Positions 1 through 12,772 of a stretch of DNA of 44,747 nucleotides are shown here, piece after piece (position 1 is the stretch's first letter; each line of letters begins with the position of its first letter). The notes beneath the pieces were generated by a model. That model was given only the letters and a program-made list of their open reading frames with translations, did no database searches and had not been told where the DNA came from. The DNA is from Octopus bimaculoides (lineage: Eukaryota): contig NC_068989.1 of assembly GCF_001194135.2 (NCBI RefSeq), positions 50,779,396 to 50,824,142 of the forward strand, in the 5' to 3' direction. The position numbers and the translations under genes were made by a program.

Positions 1-86
1 AGTTTAGAATCAGTAGTTCTTTGACTGCTATTTCTAAATTTTCAGTATGTTGGAGAAGCAACTCAATGCAAATCCCTGTATATTTA

Positions 87-120
<34 letters not shown>

Positions 121-140
121 TGAGAGAGAGAGAGAATAAA

Positions 141-522
141 GATTACTTGCCAACATAATGTGGCAGTCCTTTTTAAGACGATTGTTACTGCGATTTAGCC
201 CCGGGTAACATCGAGTCCAGCTAATTATACAACGCACTATCTGCATCCTCATATTTTTGAACTACGGAGTTTAGCGTCTCCACACCAATGCTTTCTGAGT
301 TATTACTCTTCATCAGCGCAGAATAACTGCTCCGCTAGAGATGGCGACACTAAACTCTTGTCCGAAATATATACTTTTCAAAGTTTCACACAGACACTGA
401 CCACATAAATAGAAAATTATTATTTCTAAACCTCTGAACGATAGACTTTCAGTAAGAGTATTCCAGAGTAACGACTATTTGCCAACATAACGTTGCAGTC
501 CTAGTTAGGATGATTGTTACTG
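141..522 (-). mobile_element. Probable non-autonomous Penelope-like fragment: 44-bp direct repeats flanking a hammerhead-like core
   Basis: TTGCCAACATAAtGTgGCAGTCCTttTTAaGAcGATTGTTACTG (147-190) is repeated as TTGCCAACATAAcGTtGCAGTCCTagTTAgGAtGATTGTTACTG (479-522). A hammerhead-like core lies between them on the minus strand. Confidence 0.45.
279..322 (-). ncRNA. Hammerhead ribozyme-like motif (type I, degenerate cleavage site)
   Basis: Minus strand reads TCTGCG-CTGATGA-A-GAGT[AATA]ACTC-A-GAAA-GCATTGG-TGTGGA. Core boxes and 4-bp stem II are perfect. Stem I pairs only with three G-U wobbles and there is no clean NUH triplet. Confidence 0.5.
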
Positions 523-1632
523 TTATGTATGACCTTTTACATTGTCACTGGGACTGTATGGATGGAACAAGAATGTTACGCCTGCCATTTGCGTAGGTTC
601 TGCGATGATTTGCATGTTTGCAAACAAGCAGAAGGGTACAAAGGCAAGAGATATAGGCACGAGTTCTACGCAGCCTTTGTATCTGGAAGGGTTTTCCACC
701 CCAATATTCACGTTATTATTCATAACTTTAAGTGTATGCTTCGAGAGATACCACAATAGTTTTGAAAAGGTTGCAAGACACAACGAAAGTTTCAGAAGAA
801 TAAAAAGAAATAAGTGGAAATTTTACCGGTGAGTGTGTTAAATTATAAGACACCAAAAGAGAATGACTCTCACCNNNNNNNNNNNNNNNNNNNNNNNNNN
901 NNNNNNNNNNNNNNNNNNNNNNNNNNNNNNNNNNNNNNNNNNNNNNNNNNNNNNNNNNNNNNNTATATATATATATATATATATCTCCATACATACATAT
1001 TATTATTTAGCAGAAGTAAAAAGTAGACTCAAAATCCGAGAGTTTCGTATGCTGATACTTATCCAATTTATCTGTTGAAGGTTTAAACCGACGGTAACCA
1101 ACAACATACTGTATTAAAACTGATCGAAACGAAATTTATTTTAAGAGATACCCTTTATAATATCACCTGACGAGACGCATCTGTACTGAGGTATGAATCA
1201 CAACTCGTGAGGGTCCAAAGCAGGATGGGTCAAAATGGTCGTTGTGAGCAATAAGTTACTCGCAATTCCATTTCCCATCTCTAACATATCTATCATATAT
1301 ATGATCCTAAAAGTGAATCCAAAGCTATTTTGGAACTTGTTACTTCAGTATCTAAAACGATGGCACTATTTCCCAATTTATATTGGTAAATGACTACAGA
1401 AATGCTATATTCTATATTTATTTTTGATCCACGCCTTTGACAAAATGAACTTACCAATATTTAGATACCTCACTCATTGGTTCATCACAATATTTCATTA
1501 TTCTTAATCGTTATTCAACTATGGAACAACAGAGCATAAAAACGGCAAGGAACCCAGATAGTGGGACAGTTTTGTGTCAACTAAAATTGAACCCAATTAA
1601 CTTGGTTTTCATAATTGTCTCCTATCTTTTTT

Positions 1633-1984
1633 GAACTAACCAGCTGTATAGATGTAAACACAATTCCTTGTTTGTCTTTTCTTCCTTCTTTATTTCCTTC
1701 TCTTTTCCATTGACACGCCTTTCAGATACACAGGCACACACATACGCCCCCCCCCCCCNNNNNNNNNNNNNNNNNACAAAACACAGCCACACTCTCTCCC
1801 ACTGGACAATGACTCATTGAAAAACAATTTCTTCCAAACAATGCAACCTGGCTTTGTCATTTTTAAAGTCCAAGAATACACTTGTCATTGAAAGAACTGA
1901 CCAGCTGTAAACACAATTTTCTTCTTTCTTCTTTCACCTTTCCTTCTCTTTCCCATTGCCACTCCTTTCAGATACACAGGCACA
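1633..1984 (+). repeat. Diverged local direct duplication (~100 bp)
   Basis: 1633-1740 and 1894-1984 share GAACT-ACCAGCTGTA...AAACACAATT...CCTTCTCTT...CCTTTCAGATACACAGGCACA. Confidence 0.7.
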
Positions 1985-4900
1985 TACCCACACACAGACA
2001 CACACACGCACACACACAAACCAACATAAAAGCACTCACACACACAAACACACACACAAACTCTCTCACTTTTCCCTCCATTCCTCAACCTCTTTACTAT
2101 CATATATAACACTCTCCACCCCTACACATTCAATAATACTATAAAACGAGACATTCTATGAAGTGAAATCATATTTTGAAGAACCTACAAAAATAGGTGC
2201 AGCGCTAATATTTNNNNNNNNNNNNNNNNNNNNNNNNNNNNNNNNNNNNNNNNNNNNNNNNNNNNNNNNNNNNNNNNNNNNNNNNNNNNNNNNNNNNNNN
2301 NNNNNNNNNNNNNNNNNNNNNNNNNNNNNNNNNNNNNNNNNNNNNNNNNNNNNNNNNNNNNNNNNNNNNNNNNNNNNNNNNNNNNNNNNNNNNNNNNNNN
2401 NNNNNNNNNNNNNNNNNNNNNNNNNNNNNNNNNNNNNNNNNNNNNNNNNNNNNNNNNNNNNNNNNNNNNNNNNNNNNNNNNNNNNNNNNNNNNNNNNNNN
2501 NNNNNNNNNNNNNNNNNNNNNNNNNNNNNNNNNNNNNNNNNNNNNNNNNNNNNNNNNNNNNNNNNNNNNNNNNNNNNNNNNNNNNNNNNNNNNNNNNNNN
2601 NNNNNNNNNNNNNNNNNNNNNNNNNNNNNNNNNNNNNNNNNNNNNNNNNNNNNNNNNNNNNNNNNNNNNNNNNNNNNNNNNNNNNNNNNNNNNNNNNNNN
2701 NNNNNNNNNNNNNNNNNNNNNNNNNNNNNNNNNNNNNNNNNNNNNNNNNNNNNNNNNNNNNNNNNNNNNNNNNNNNNNNNNNNNNNNNNNNNNNNNNNNN
2801 NNNNNNNNNNNNNNNNNNNNNNNNNNNNNNNNNNNNNNGGATCTTTTAAAAGTGGTCCTGCTTGAGAAATAACTATTGGAGTCGATTTGGACGAGTTAAT
2901 CTTTCCATATGTTCCTATGTATGTGAGGAGTCCTTTCTCTGAGACAGACTAATGAACATAAACGTATACACATACTTTTTTAAAAGAATTGTGCGATGAG
3001 AAGTTAGAGCGCCGGAAAAATTAATCATTAACAGCAACGTTTGAACTTACTTGAAAGACGAATGGAAGTGAACGGAGGTGAAACTCGTTCGTTTCCAAAA
3101 ATCAAGCAAATTTTCGGGAAGCAATGCAGAAATATTTGAAATCAACTAGTTGATTGTTTCATAGTTTGTGACAAGAGATATGGAGACAGTGTTGTGTGTC
3201 CCATATAGCAAGTTACAATTGTCTTTTGAATCTATCTATGCATCTAATTCATTAGGAAGAGTGATGAATATCATTACCTATTACTGAACCATTGTCCCAC
3301 AAATATAAGGTTTTCTCCACGTTATAGACAGTCCACAACCAATACTACTTCTACAGGAATTATCTATGTACATCCTTTTAATACAATATTTCTTTTAATA
3401 TTTTTTCACTATTCTTATGACCTACATTCATCACACTACTTTACGCTATACTGCTTTTTATTACGTTTCATTTCCGTTTGACTTTATTCCCATTCTGTTA
3501 ACATACTTTTCAGAAGGCGTAATCATAAAGATTTTCTTAATTGCATGTTACTCTGCATTGTAAAATTCTGAAACTATTCCGTTTCTAACGAGACTGCGAT
3601 GACAAATGAAATGTTTTTTAGTTTTCTATGAATTCTCTTTTTGATTTGTATTATACATTTGCTGACAATTTCCTAATACATTCAAATATTCTATATATAT
3701 TTCTCTGGCAATACATATCTCCTATAAAGTTCTACCTATATTGTGTTCTTTTATTCTTTTATGCTAATATGCTATAGCTGGAAGACAGAATTAGTAGAAA
3801 GCCAGAAAGATTCCAAGGAGGTTTTTAGATACCTGGCTTTGTGTCTGAGATCGTATGATGTGGGATCTTTAGTAATTGCTATTCTTTCCAAATCGATAGA
3901 ATAAACACAAGGTAATATTGTAGACTCGGTGTCGTGCAAGATTTGTATCAAAGGTGACGAGAAAACTTCATCATTTAATTTTAACTCAGTATTTAATTAC
4001 ATGAAAGTTAAGCATCTTACATATAATGAAATGCAATGAGGGACCTGCCAGTCACGCTGGAAGAGGGAAGTAAAAAAAAAACAAAAAAACAAACGTATAC
4101 AGGTACAAACATGGATAGGCACCTAGAGCAACGATCTTCTAATACAGACCAGGGCCAACCAATAGCTTGTAACAGAAACTAAAATCATATATATATATAT
4201 ATATATATATATACGCATGCATGAATGTATGTGCGTAGGTGAGTGTTCAGGTGTATATATATATTAGAGAGAGAGAGAGAGAGAGATGGAGAGAGAGGAG
4301 AGAAAGATGGAGGGGTGGTGAGAGATGTATATATATATATATATATATATATCTATATATATATATATATATGTACATTATATGGTGGTTGATATTCGCA
4401 GTCGAGACGTTACTACAACGGTATTTGATAGTTCAAGTGCTGCAATGCTTTGTATGGACGTATGTTTACTGGATTGTTGATGTTTATCATTGGTTTTTCC
4501 CATTGTTTTGATGTCCTATTTTTTTATGATAAATAAAGCTGTCGGCATTTTTGACGACATGAGTACGGCAGAGTATAAATAATGTTGCTGTATGGTCAGT
4601 TTCATGGGAAACGTGACTCTGAGATCTCTCTTGGGAGAAATATATAACGATGTAATATCTCATAATAATGTCCTGATTTTCAGAATTTAGGTCTTGTCTG
4701 ATAAGGTCTGAAATTTTCAGAGGTTAATCTAACTTATGTATATTCAAGAAAAACTTCAAATTTTAATATGCTTTTATCTGGAAACACACCAAAGATCAGT
4801 ATAGTTCATATTATACATTGTTATTTTCCAAAGAAAGGCATTTAATAAATTTTAACAACTACAATTAGTTTCATACGATCTTATAACATATTTCGCAGCT

Positions 4901-6630
4901 TCATTTATGCATCATCGATAAAAAATGTTTTATTTTCCAAATAATGTCATTTACTGATGTAAACACGATGTCAAAAATGTCTTACTTGGCTGAACACTAC
5001 TTAGCTATGTTATGGATCAGTGAAACATTGGTTTGTTTGGTCAATTTTATGCATATCGTCTGAAAACTACAATGTATTCGGCCCTCCCTGGTCACAGCCT
5101 AACAGTGTCCAGGAAAGAGCACACATTTTACAACTTTAGAAAAGTTTTTAAAGGAATACCAAAGAACATTTTTGTACACACATNNNNNNNNNNNNNNNNN
5201 NNNNNNNNNNNNNNNNNNNNNNNNNNNNNNNNNNNNNNNNNNNNNNNNNNNNNNNNNNNNNNNNNNNNNNNNNNNNNNNNNNNNNNNNNNNNNNNNNNNN
5301 NNNNNNNNNNNNNNNNNNNNNNNNNNNNNNNNNNNNNNNNNNNNNNNNNNNNNNNNNNNNNNNNNNNNNNNNNNNNNNNNNNNNNNNNNNNNNNNNNNNN
5401 NNNNATATATATATATATATATATATATATATACTGCATTTTATTCAATACAATATTTTTCATCACATCGATTAACTTCAATCACTTTCATGTTATGTTC
5501 TCATGAATCTTACAGCTTCAATAATGCATAACAAATCTTAAGAAACTTCATATCCAAAACAATGTCGCATAATCATGCATAACGCAATTCTATGATCATT
5601 TTTTTAAGCATTAAATTGGCTAATTATATTATAAATGAATAAGACACCAGTTTATTTGGTCAATTTCATAGAGATTCCCTCAAAACTACAATTTTTAACA
5701 GCTTCGATCAGTAAACAAATTAAACGTTTGATCTGAATCTAGATCAAATAAACTTTGTGATTACATCATGTAAACTCAGGAACTTTAGGATAATAATCTA
5801 GTTATATTTCAAGCAGTTTCCATCATTGGGTGTAAAGCCATTGACTTCCTATCCTCGGTAAGAAAGTTTTCACTCAAAATTGCTGAGTGAAATACATATG
5901 TCCAGCTGTTGTTCTTAGTTGGGGACATATGCAAACATAATATGAAATATGTTTGAATAATGGCATGAAATATGGTGACAAGCTCCATAATAATACTCTG
6001 TTCAGGAAAGGAGATTTTTTAACGAACTGCAACACGACAATTGGATTTATGGTTTTTAACACGTTGGTACTAACAGGCGCAACATAGATGTATTTGACTT
6101 CCAATGTAGAAGCATTGATATGATGTTTTGTTGTAGAAATACTTGATAAATACTGCATAATAACAAAGTTAGGAATAGATGTTCAGCAAAGAACAGTATA
6201 AACATCTGTTTAACAGACAAAATGATATCTAAAAATATGTTCTGGCCCTGATATCGATCATATTCACACAAAACTTTCAATGACATGAAGCCCATTTCTG
6301 TAAGTTCCTATTAGGACATAATGTGTTACAGTTATCTTGCTGTTAATAAGATATACTAATTTGAGATTAATGGAGTGGTCTAGACATGGGAATACCTAAT
6401 TGATAAATAACCACCATACGTTTTTCATAATTTTGTTGAAAATAATGCTAGACTCATTCTGTAAACTGTGTGAGGTAAAGTAGCCACGAAGAAGTTTGAT
6501 CAAATATGACTTTGGTCAACGTTTGTTTAGTGTCATCTGCTATTCTTGAAAAATGTAAGCTTCATTTATAACCACCTTTCCATTGAAATTGACCATATCT
6601 AAAATTCTATAAATGGAAGTGGAGAGACAA

Positions 6631-6671
6631 GTTACTGAAGAGATTGCAAGAGTGCAATGAAATAATTTAAC
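6631..6671 (+). ncRNA. Minimal hammerhead ribozyme-like motif (type I)
   Basis: GTTA-CTGAAGA-G-ATTGCA[AGAG]TGCAAT-GAAA-TAAT-T-TAAC: exact core boxes, 6-bp stem II, 4-bp stem I (GTTA/TAAC), 2-bp stem III, AUU triplet. Confidence 0.4.
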
Positions 6672-7720
6672 AAAAAACTATATAAATTAATAAAGGACTG
6701 AACCAGTGCGTGTGTTTATTACCGGCATAATGCCTCTCCCAAGGTTTAATTGTATTTCTTTCAACACACGTATCCACATCAAGAATATTGCACACGAAAT
6801 ACACATACGTAATAAAATTCTCTGTTATAGTAAAATCCAGAATGAAACAATTACTTTAAGATTCACTATATGCATTTATGTAGTAGAATTCCAAAATATT
6901 ATATTGTAGCGAAAAAACATAAAAACACGATTAGCCGAATTCTTATAGGAATAAGTAAATTCGTCATAGAAGCTACTTCATTAAATATAATGTTTGATAC
7001 AAAGCACCATGTGACACAGAGAAACACATTAACAATAAAGTAAAACTAATTAACACTTGTAAACAATGTTAATGAATTGAAAGCAATATCGAATTAACAG
7101 TGATATATTTCAAAGCAGAGGCAACGATATCATCATTCTTGATATTGGATAATGGTGCTTATTACTTAAGATCAAAAGATAACAAAAGCAGTTACTATAT
7201 TATTTTATCGATACAGAATAAAATAGGGTTGTTCTAATTATAAGCTATAGCTAAACATACTGTTGAATCTGCAATTCAGATTACTGAAAGGAAAAGATGC
7301 CTTGGGTTAATTTATAAAATTTCAGAGTAATAGCTGGATTTAGCATAACTGCAAACACCATTATATATGGTAAAAGGCTAAAATCCCTCAACGAAGAAAC
7401 CCAGCTTGGCCGCAATCCAGAAAATGAAACGCGTAAAAGCTAACAGACAAAAGATACATATGTGTGTGTGTGTTTGGGTGTGTGTGTGTGTGTGTGTATG
7501 TCCGCATTCATGTGCGCGCGTGTGTATGTTTATGTGTGTTTGTGCAAATATTTCTCTTAATTCACGCGGAAGTTATAACTTTTAGAACTAAATAGGTAAG
7601 TGTAGCGTACTCCTACTCTCACCTTCTAAGTGAGTAAAAATGTCAACGTTGAAATTTTGAAGTTCACGAAATGCAACAGAAGCATTTCCTCTTTCAGGTC
7701 TTCCAACTTTAAATTTTCCA

Positions 7721-8215
7721 TTAGAGTTCGTACGCACCATGTTTCGAATTTCTTTGTATTTTGTCCTGTAGCTTTTCGATCGCATGTTGGTGAAACCTTC
7801 CTGACGCGGTTTTTCAGAGTGGTTGAATTGAAGCAGACAATGTTTTGAGCACCTTTTCTGGCTTCCTTGGATCATAAAAAGAGCTGCACAGAGTCGAGAA
7901 TACCGTTGCCGAACAACTTTCCTTCCTCATTTCCAAAAGAAGTTGAGAGACTAAATCTAGTATTCTCCGCTTCCGTGTTGATTCGTGACTAAGAGCTTCC
8001 AGCTATCACCAGATTGCTCTCGTCACCATTCCACGCTCAACGGAAGACATTTTATGATGTTTTGAAAGTAAAGAAGCCAATGCGTGCTACTGTTCAAAGG
8101 GTTCATGTCGCACCCCAAGAAGCACAAGGCCCTTCAAAAAACTGCTTACTTGACTGAACGGCAAGGAACCATGGATAACTAGAATTGTCAAATCCGTTGC
8201 AGCCTTTATCCATTT
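7721..8215 (-). pseudogene. Candidate decayed coding sequence of unknown identity
   Basis: 165-codon frame with only four internal stops, all TAG or TGA: KWIKAATDLTILVIHGSLPFSQVSSFLKGLVLLGVRHEPFEQ*HALASLLSKHHKMSSVERGMVTRAIW**LEALSHESTRKRRILDLVSQLLLEMRKESCSATVFSTLCSSFYDPRKPEKVLKTLSASIQPL*KTASGRFHQHAIEKLQDKIQRNSKHGAYEL*. Locally raised GC. Family not recognised. Confidence 0.3.
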
Positions 8216-8760
8216 TCAGAGCTGTTGAGTAATTTTCTCCACGTGATCCGCCGATGTGACTTTGAGAGTGGAGTGCTGTCTCTGATCTTCCTACTACTAA
8301 TAGACCCTTCTACAATGGATGCACCTATCCAGCAAGGTACTACTAGATCATATCAGCACGCACGCTTCTACCACAACGAGGTAGTACACCAGATAAAGAA
8401 TATTCTTTAATACATTGTAAATGAAAGGGTCATAATACGACAAGGTGAATGTTTCCGATCATTCTGCTAGTAATCCACGCCTTTGTTTTTCTTTTAAATA
8501 CCTGTTATTTGAACATACATTTTGAAATATATTGAAATTATGAAAGTATTCCTTATCATTGCTCTTTTAAAATAACTCCTGGGAGAAACCTGGTTCCATA
8601 CGGCTGCTTGAGTTCTAAATTTTGATTTCATTCCTAGCTTCCGTGGGAATAGTTCAAACGTTTCACCTTCATAGAAACGAAGTCTCTAATATAATTTTCT
8701 CATGTGTGAATACACCTGTATTTGTGAGTGTTTGTGTGTGTATGTATACCGAGCGTGCAA

Positions 8761-8761
<1 letters not shown>

Positions 8762-8822
<61 letters not shown>
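8762..8822. repeat. (TA)n microsatellite
   Basis: Uninterrupted TA run. Similar TA runs flank many of the N gaps. Confidence 0.95.
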
Positions 8823-8824
<2 letters not shown>

Positions 8825-9160
8825 TTATTAACAGAACATTGCGAAACCAACACTTTTTCGTAGAACCATGACGAAATTGTAAGTCATATTACAAGGCGCT
8901 AACAAAAGCCTTCCTTTGTTCGAACTGCTCCTGCTTTTGACCAAAAGTCTTAATTTCTAGCTCAAAATCACACGATTTCCCTCGGAAGCGACCGTTTCTG
9001 CATGGTTGTGCGTTATTTATAATCGACAAGACAGTGAATTAATTCTTGAGGGTTTTCACACGCATTATCCATATAAATTTCGAAACAGCTTTCGCACAGG
9101 TGTGTACCGGGCTGACAAATGAAACTTTATATAATTAAATTGACTTTTGTGTGTTAGTTT

Positions 9161-9481
9161 TTATTTTTTTATACGCCCTTTTAAAGCCTAGCCAGGCTCA
9201 TGGGCCCGGTTTGCCGGTTTCTGTGGCGTATGTATCCCCCCCCACAACAGATTGACGGGACGCCAGTCCATTGCAGCTTTACTAAAGAAACAGGAAGAAA
9301 GAGTGAGAGAAAGTTGGGGCGAAAGAGTACAACAGGGATCACCACCACCCCCTGTCGGAGCCTCGTGGAACTTTAGGTGTTTTCGCTCAATAAACACACA
9401 CAACGCCCGGTTTTGGAAATCGAAACCGCGATCTCCCGACCGCTAGTCCGCTGCCCTAACCACTGGGCCATTGTGCCTCCA
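9161..9481 (-). mobile_element. Full-length tRNA-derived SINE with 13-bp target-site duplication
   Basis: Minus strand: A-box TGGCCCAGTGG (9460-9470), B-box-like GGTTTCGATTTC (9416-9427), A-rich 3' tail. TGTGTGTTAGTTT is duplicated at 9148-9160 and 9482-9494. Confidence 0.92.
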
Positions 9482-10191
9482 TGTGTGTTAGTTTGTTAGT
9501 TTACCTGCCCAAATATACATATTAGCTTCATCACAGCTGTTTTTTTCTTCTCATTTTCCTTTGTATATCATAGACCTTGATAGCTGGACTGTGGTGCATA
9601 TTTCTCACAAATGTTGAAGCTACTTGATTATTGACCAGCTATTTCCTCCTCTGTTACATTCAGCTTTGCCGAATTATAGCAAGCAAAATTCTCACAAACT
9701 GCAGAAAGTACCTTTAAAACATTCCCTCTGCAACATCTCATTATACTTATCCTGGGGAGGGAAATACTGATCTATTGCACTAATGAATACCCCAGTTATA
9801 TTAAATATTACTGGAAGATTCAATACTCGGTTTGACCATAAAACGATGCTTTTAGTATTCCTGTTATTAAACTGCGCGAACTCAGTGTTTTTTAACTAAA
9901 TTTTCCTATACAAATCTGACTGGCAGCTTGCATCACATTTCAATAACTTTCATTGTCTTTCATAATAAAGAGCATGAATAAATACAAAATCTCCATTTCG
10001 TATAACAATAACAACAATAATGGTACGACTACTCGTATTACATTTCGTTCATTAGGCTTTCCTTTTCTATTGTCATATTTCCGATACACATACGCCACAG
10101 TGCGATACACAATAACCATTTCTCACACAAACGCAGTCATATGTATATATATTTATGCATGTGTAGAAATGTGTGTGAGAGTATGTATAAA

Positions 10192-10238
<47 letters not shown>

Positions 10239-10251
10239 GTATATAGTACTT

Positions 10252-10303
10252 GTAGCAGTAGTAGCAGTAGCAATAACAATAGCAGCAGCAGTGGTAGTAG
10301 TAA

Positions 10304-10347
<44 letters not shown>

Positions 10348-10359
10348 ATAGTAGTAGTG

Positions 10360-10415
<56 letters not shown>
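10252..10415. repeat. (AGT)n/(AGC)n microsatellite
   Basis: Long AGT triplet run, the source of the poly-S/V/T/L ORFs. May be the tail of the adjacent SINE-like element. Confidence 0.95.
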
Positions 10416-10416
<1 letters not shown>

Positions 10417-10722
10417 TGAGGGTGTGCGAGGAAACAGCGCCTTGCTTCACCCGCCATTTATTCTTGATCTACTAATCCTGGCGTATGACACCTCTCTCTG
10501 TACCCTCCAAAGCATGGGTTTGATTGTGTAGTCGTTGTACCTGAGATATGCACGAGGTCGCATTACAAATTTTACATCAACTTCCTTTTGGCGCCTTTTA
10601 TAATTTTACACACAGAGAATCGTTGGGTCTCTTATTTGACATGCCAGTCCTCACATAGCACAAGGGCGGCGTGAAATGAAATGTTTTGCCGAAGAACATA
10701 ACACACCACCCGGTCTAAGAAT
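10416..10722 (-). mobile_element. 5'-truncated SINE-like element
   Basis: Minus strand near 10670-10720 (GGTGTGTTATGTTCTTCGGCAAAACATTTCATTTCACG) resembles the post-tRNA core of these SINEs. It ends in an (ACT)n tail. Confidence 0.45.
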
Positions 10723-11718
10723 CTCTCTCTCTCTCTCTCTCTCTCTCCCTCTCTCACACATACACACACACTGACATACACTCACACGCACACGCACGTA
10801 GAAACACAAGCACGCGCTCACGTAACTAATGCATACACACACTTATGAATAGGCAAACGAAGAAAATAGAGATGACAATATTGCATTTCTTAAATCTATT
10901 AAGCACTTACGATTGTTTCACCAATTAATGGAATGGTCATATCAATCATCATGTCTTTTACAAAGAAAAGCAATAGCAATAAGAGACACCAATGAAATTT
11001 TCTATCTACCATCTTATCACAATTGGTGAAAATTCAATATGAGCTTAAGTCGAAATTGGTTAAATATGATGAGAAATTTAGTGTCTTATAACATCATTCT
11101 AATAAGCTGCATAGCGAATAATGGGTATACTGAAGNNNNNNNNNNNNNNNNNNNNNNNNNNNNNNNNNNNNNNNNNNNNNNNNNNNNNNNNNNNNNNNNN
11201 NNNNNNNNNNNNNNNNNNNNNNNNNNNNNNNNNNNNNNNNNNNNNNNNNNNNNNNNNNNNNNNNNNNNNNNNNNNNNNNNNNNNNNNNNNNNNNNNNNNN
11301 NNNNNNNNNNNNNNNNNNNNNNNNNNNNNNNNNNNNNNNNNNNNNNNNNNNNNNNNNNNNNNNNNNNNNNNNNNNNNNNNNNNNNNNNNNNNNNNNNNNN
11401 NNNNNNNNNNNNNNNNNNNNNNNNNNNNNNNNNNNNNNNNNNNNNNNNNNNNNNNNNNNNNNNNNNNNNNNNNNNNNNNNNNNNNNNNNNNNNNNNNNNN
11501 NNNNNNNNNNNNNNNNNNNNNNNNNNNNNNNNNNNNNNNNNNNNNNNNNNNNNNNNNNNNNNNNNNNNNNNNNNNNNNNNNNNNNNNNNNNNNNNNNNNN
11601 NNNNNNNNNNNNNNNNNNNNNNNNNNNNNNNNNNNNNNNNNNAGAACAATTTAGGTCTTAGTAGACACAAGATGTGATCTATTTCTAGCACATTGAATGT
11701 CCACGTTAGTGGTCAACG

Positions 11719-11754
<36 letters not shown>

Positions 11755-12772
11755 TAATCGAGAGGTTAGATAATACATAGAATAGAAATGAGCAAATAGT
11801 TGACGGTTTGTATTTTTGTAAGTGCCATTATAAGAAGGCGACAACTATGAAAAATAAATCGAGATATAGATAAGAGGTGAAGGGATGGAGACAAGTAGTT
11901 AGGTAATGTGTACAGAATATAGCTTTGCCCCTACCACTAGAATTATGGTGTTATATTATTGGGTCAAGTAGAGTTGACGTTCAGTGTACTCATTCGGTAA
12001 GAAATAAAAGTCTTTTGTAGAGGAAAAATATTTAAGCAGGATATATTAAGACATACAGAACATTTTATACAGAAGCATCTCTAATAAAATCGGGCATCTA
12101 GGGAAATACAATTTTCAAGAATGTTTTACTAAAACCGTGGAAAAACCGAATCAATAATTCATAGCACTTCTTATTTAGACCTGCCCTACTACAGAGAATC
12201 TCTAGTGTTTCCGGTGTAATTCATCAATTTGATCACAATTGAGCAATCAATAAACATCTCTTTGAGAACCCAAATAAAGTTTGCAAGATAAGTACTAAAA
12301 AATATTGCTTTTATTATCAAGGAATGTATTTGATTATGGTGTCTAAATTTGCATTTAGATGCCATGTAGTAATGAAAAACTAACAATTAACAGGTGTTTT
12401 AGGAGAACATTTATACTACATTACCTCTAATGCATTACTTCTATAAATGGCGTATATTTTTAAACCAACAGTTTGAAACACTATTATATGTTTTACCTTA
12501 AGAGGTGTTGCCTTTTGCATTAGTATTGTTGTTATTGATTGAAGGGGATTCCAGAGCACGTGCAACATTTATACCGAATAGTTATATATTATTTCCAGAC
12601 AACCCATAATTGTTCTTGCTAAAATAAATCCCAATTGTTAATAATTGCAATATTATCTGTTAAACTCAGGATGATTGAATACGTAAAATTCAACTTATGA
12701 CCTTATTATAGTTCTTAGCAGGAGAAAATACTTTTCTGAAGCCTGAAAGACGAACCTGCATACAACCAAAAA

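Noticed and set aside
1454-1580. Minus-strand splice-like signals (GTAAGT donors near 1453 and 3050)
   Set aside because: Frames are closed or acceptors are weak, with no recognisable peptide. Such hexamers are expected by chance.
5874-6295. Two overlapping minus-strand ORFs with hydrophobic text
   Set aside because: No motif, AT-rich composition, incompatible frames and no consistent splice pair.
7588-7875. 95-aa ORF with a GTGAGA donor near its end
   Set aside because: No homology recognised, and a different frame of the same region looks more protein-like. Unresolved rather than supported.
10073-10475. Poly-L/T/V/S ORFs, and similar YI, CV, MYVC, poly-I and poly-N ORFs elsewhere
   Set aside because: Translations of microsatellites.
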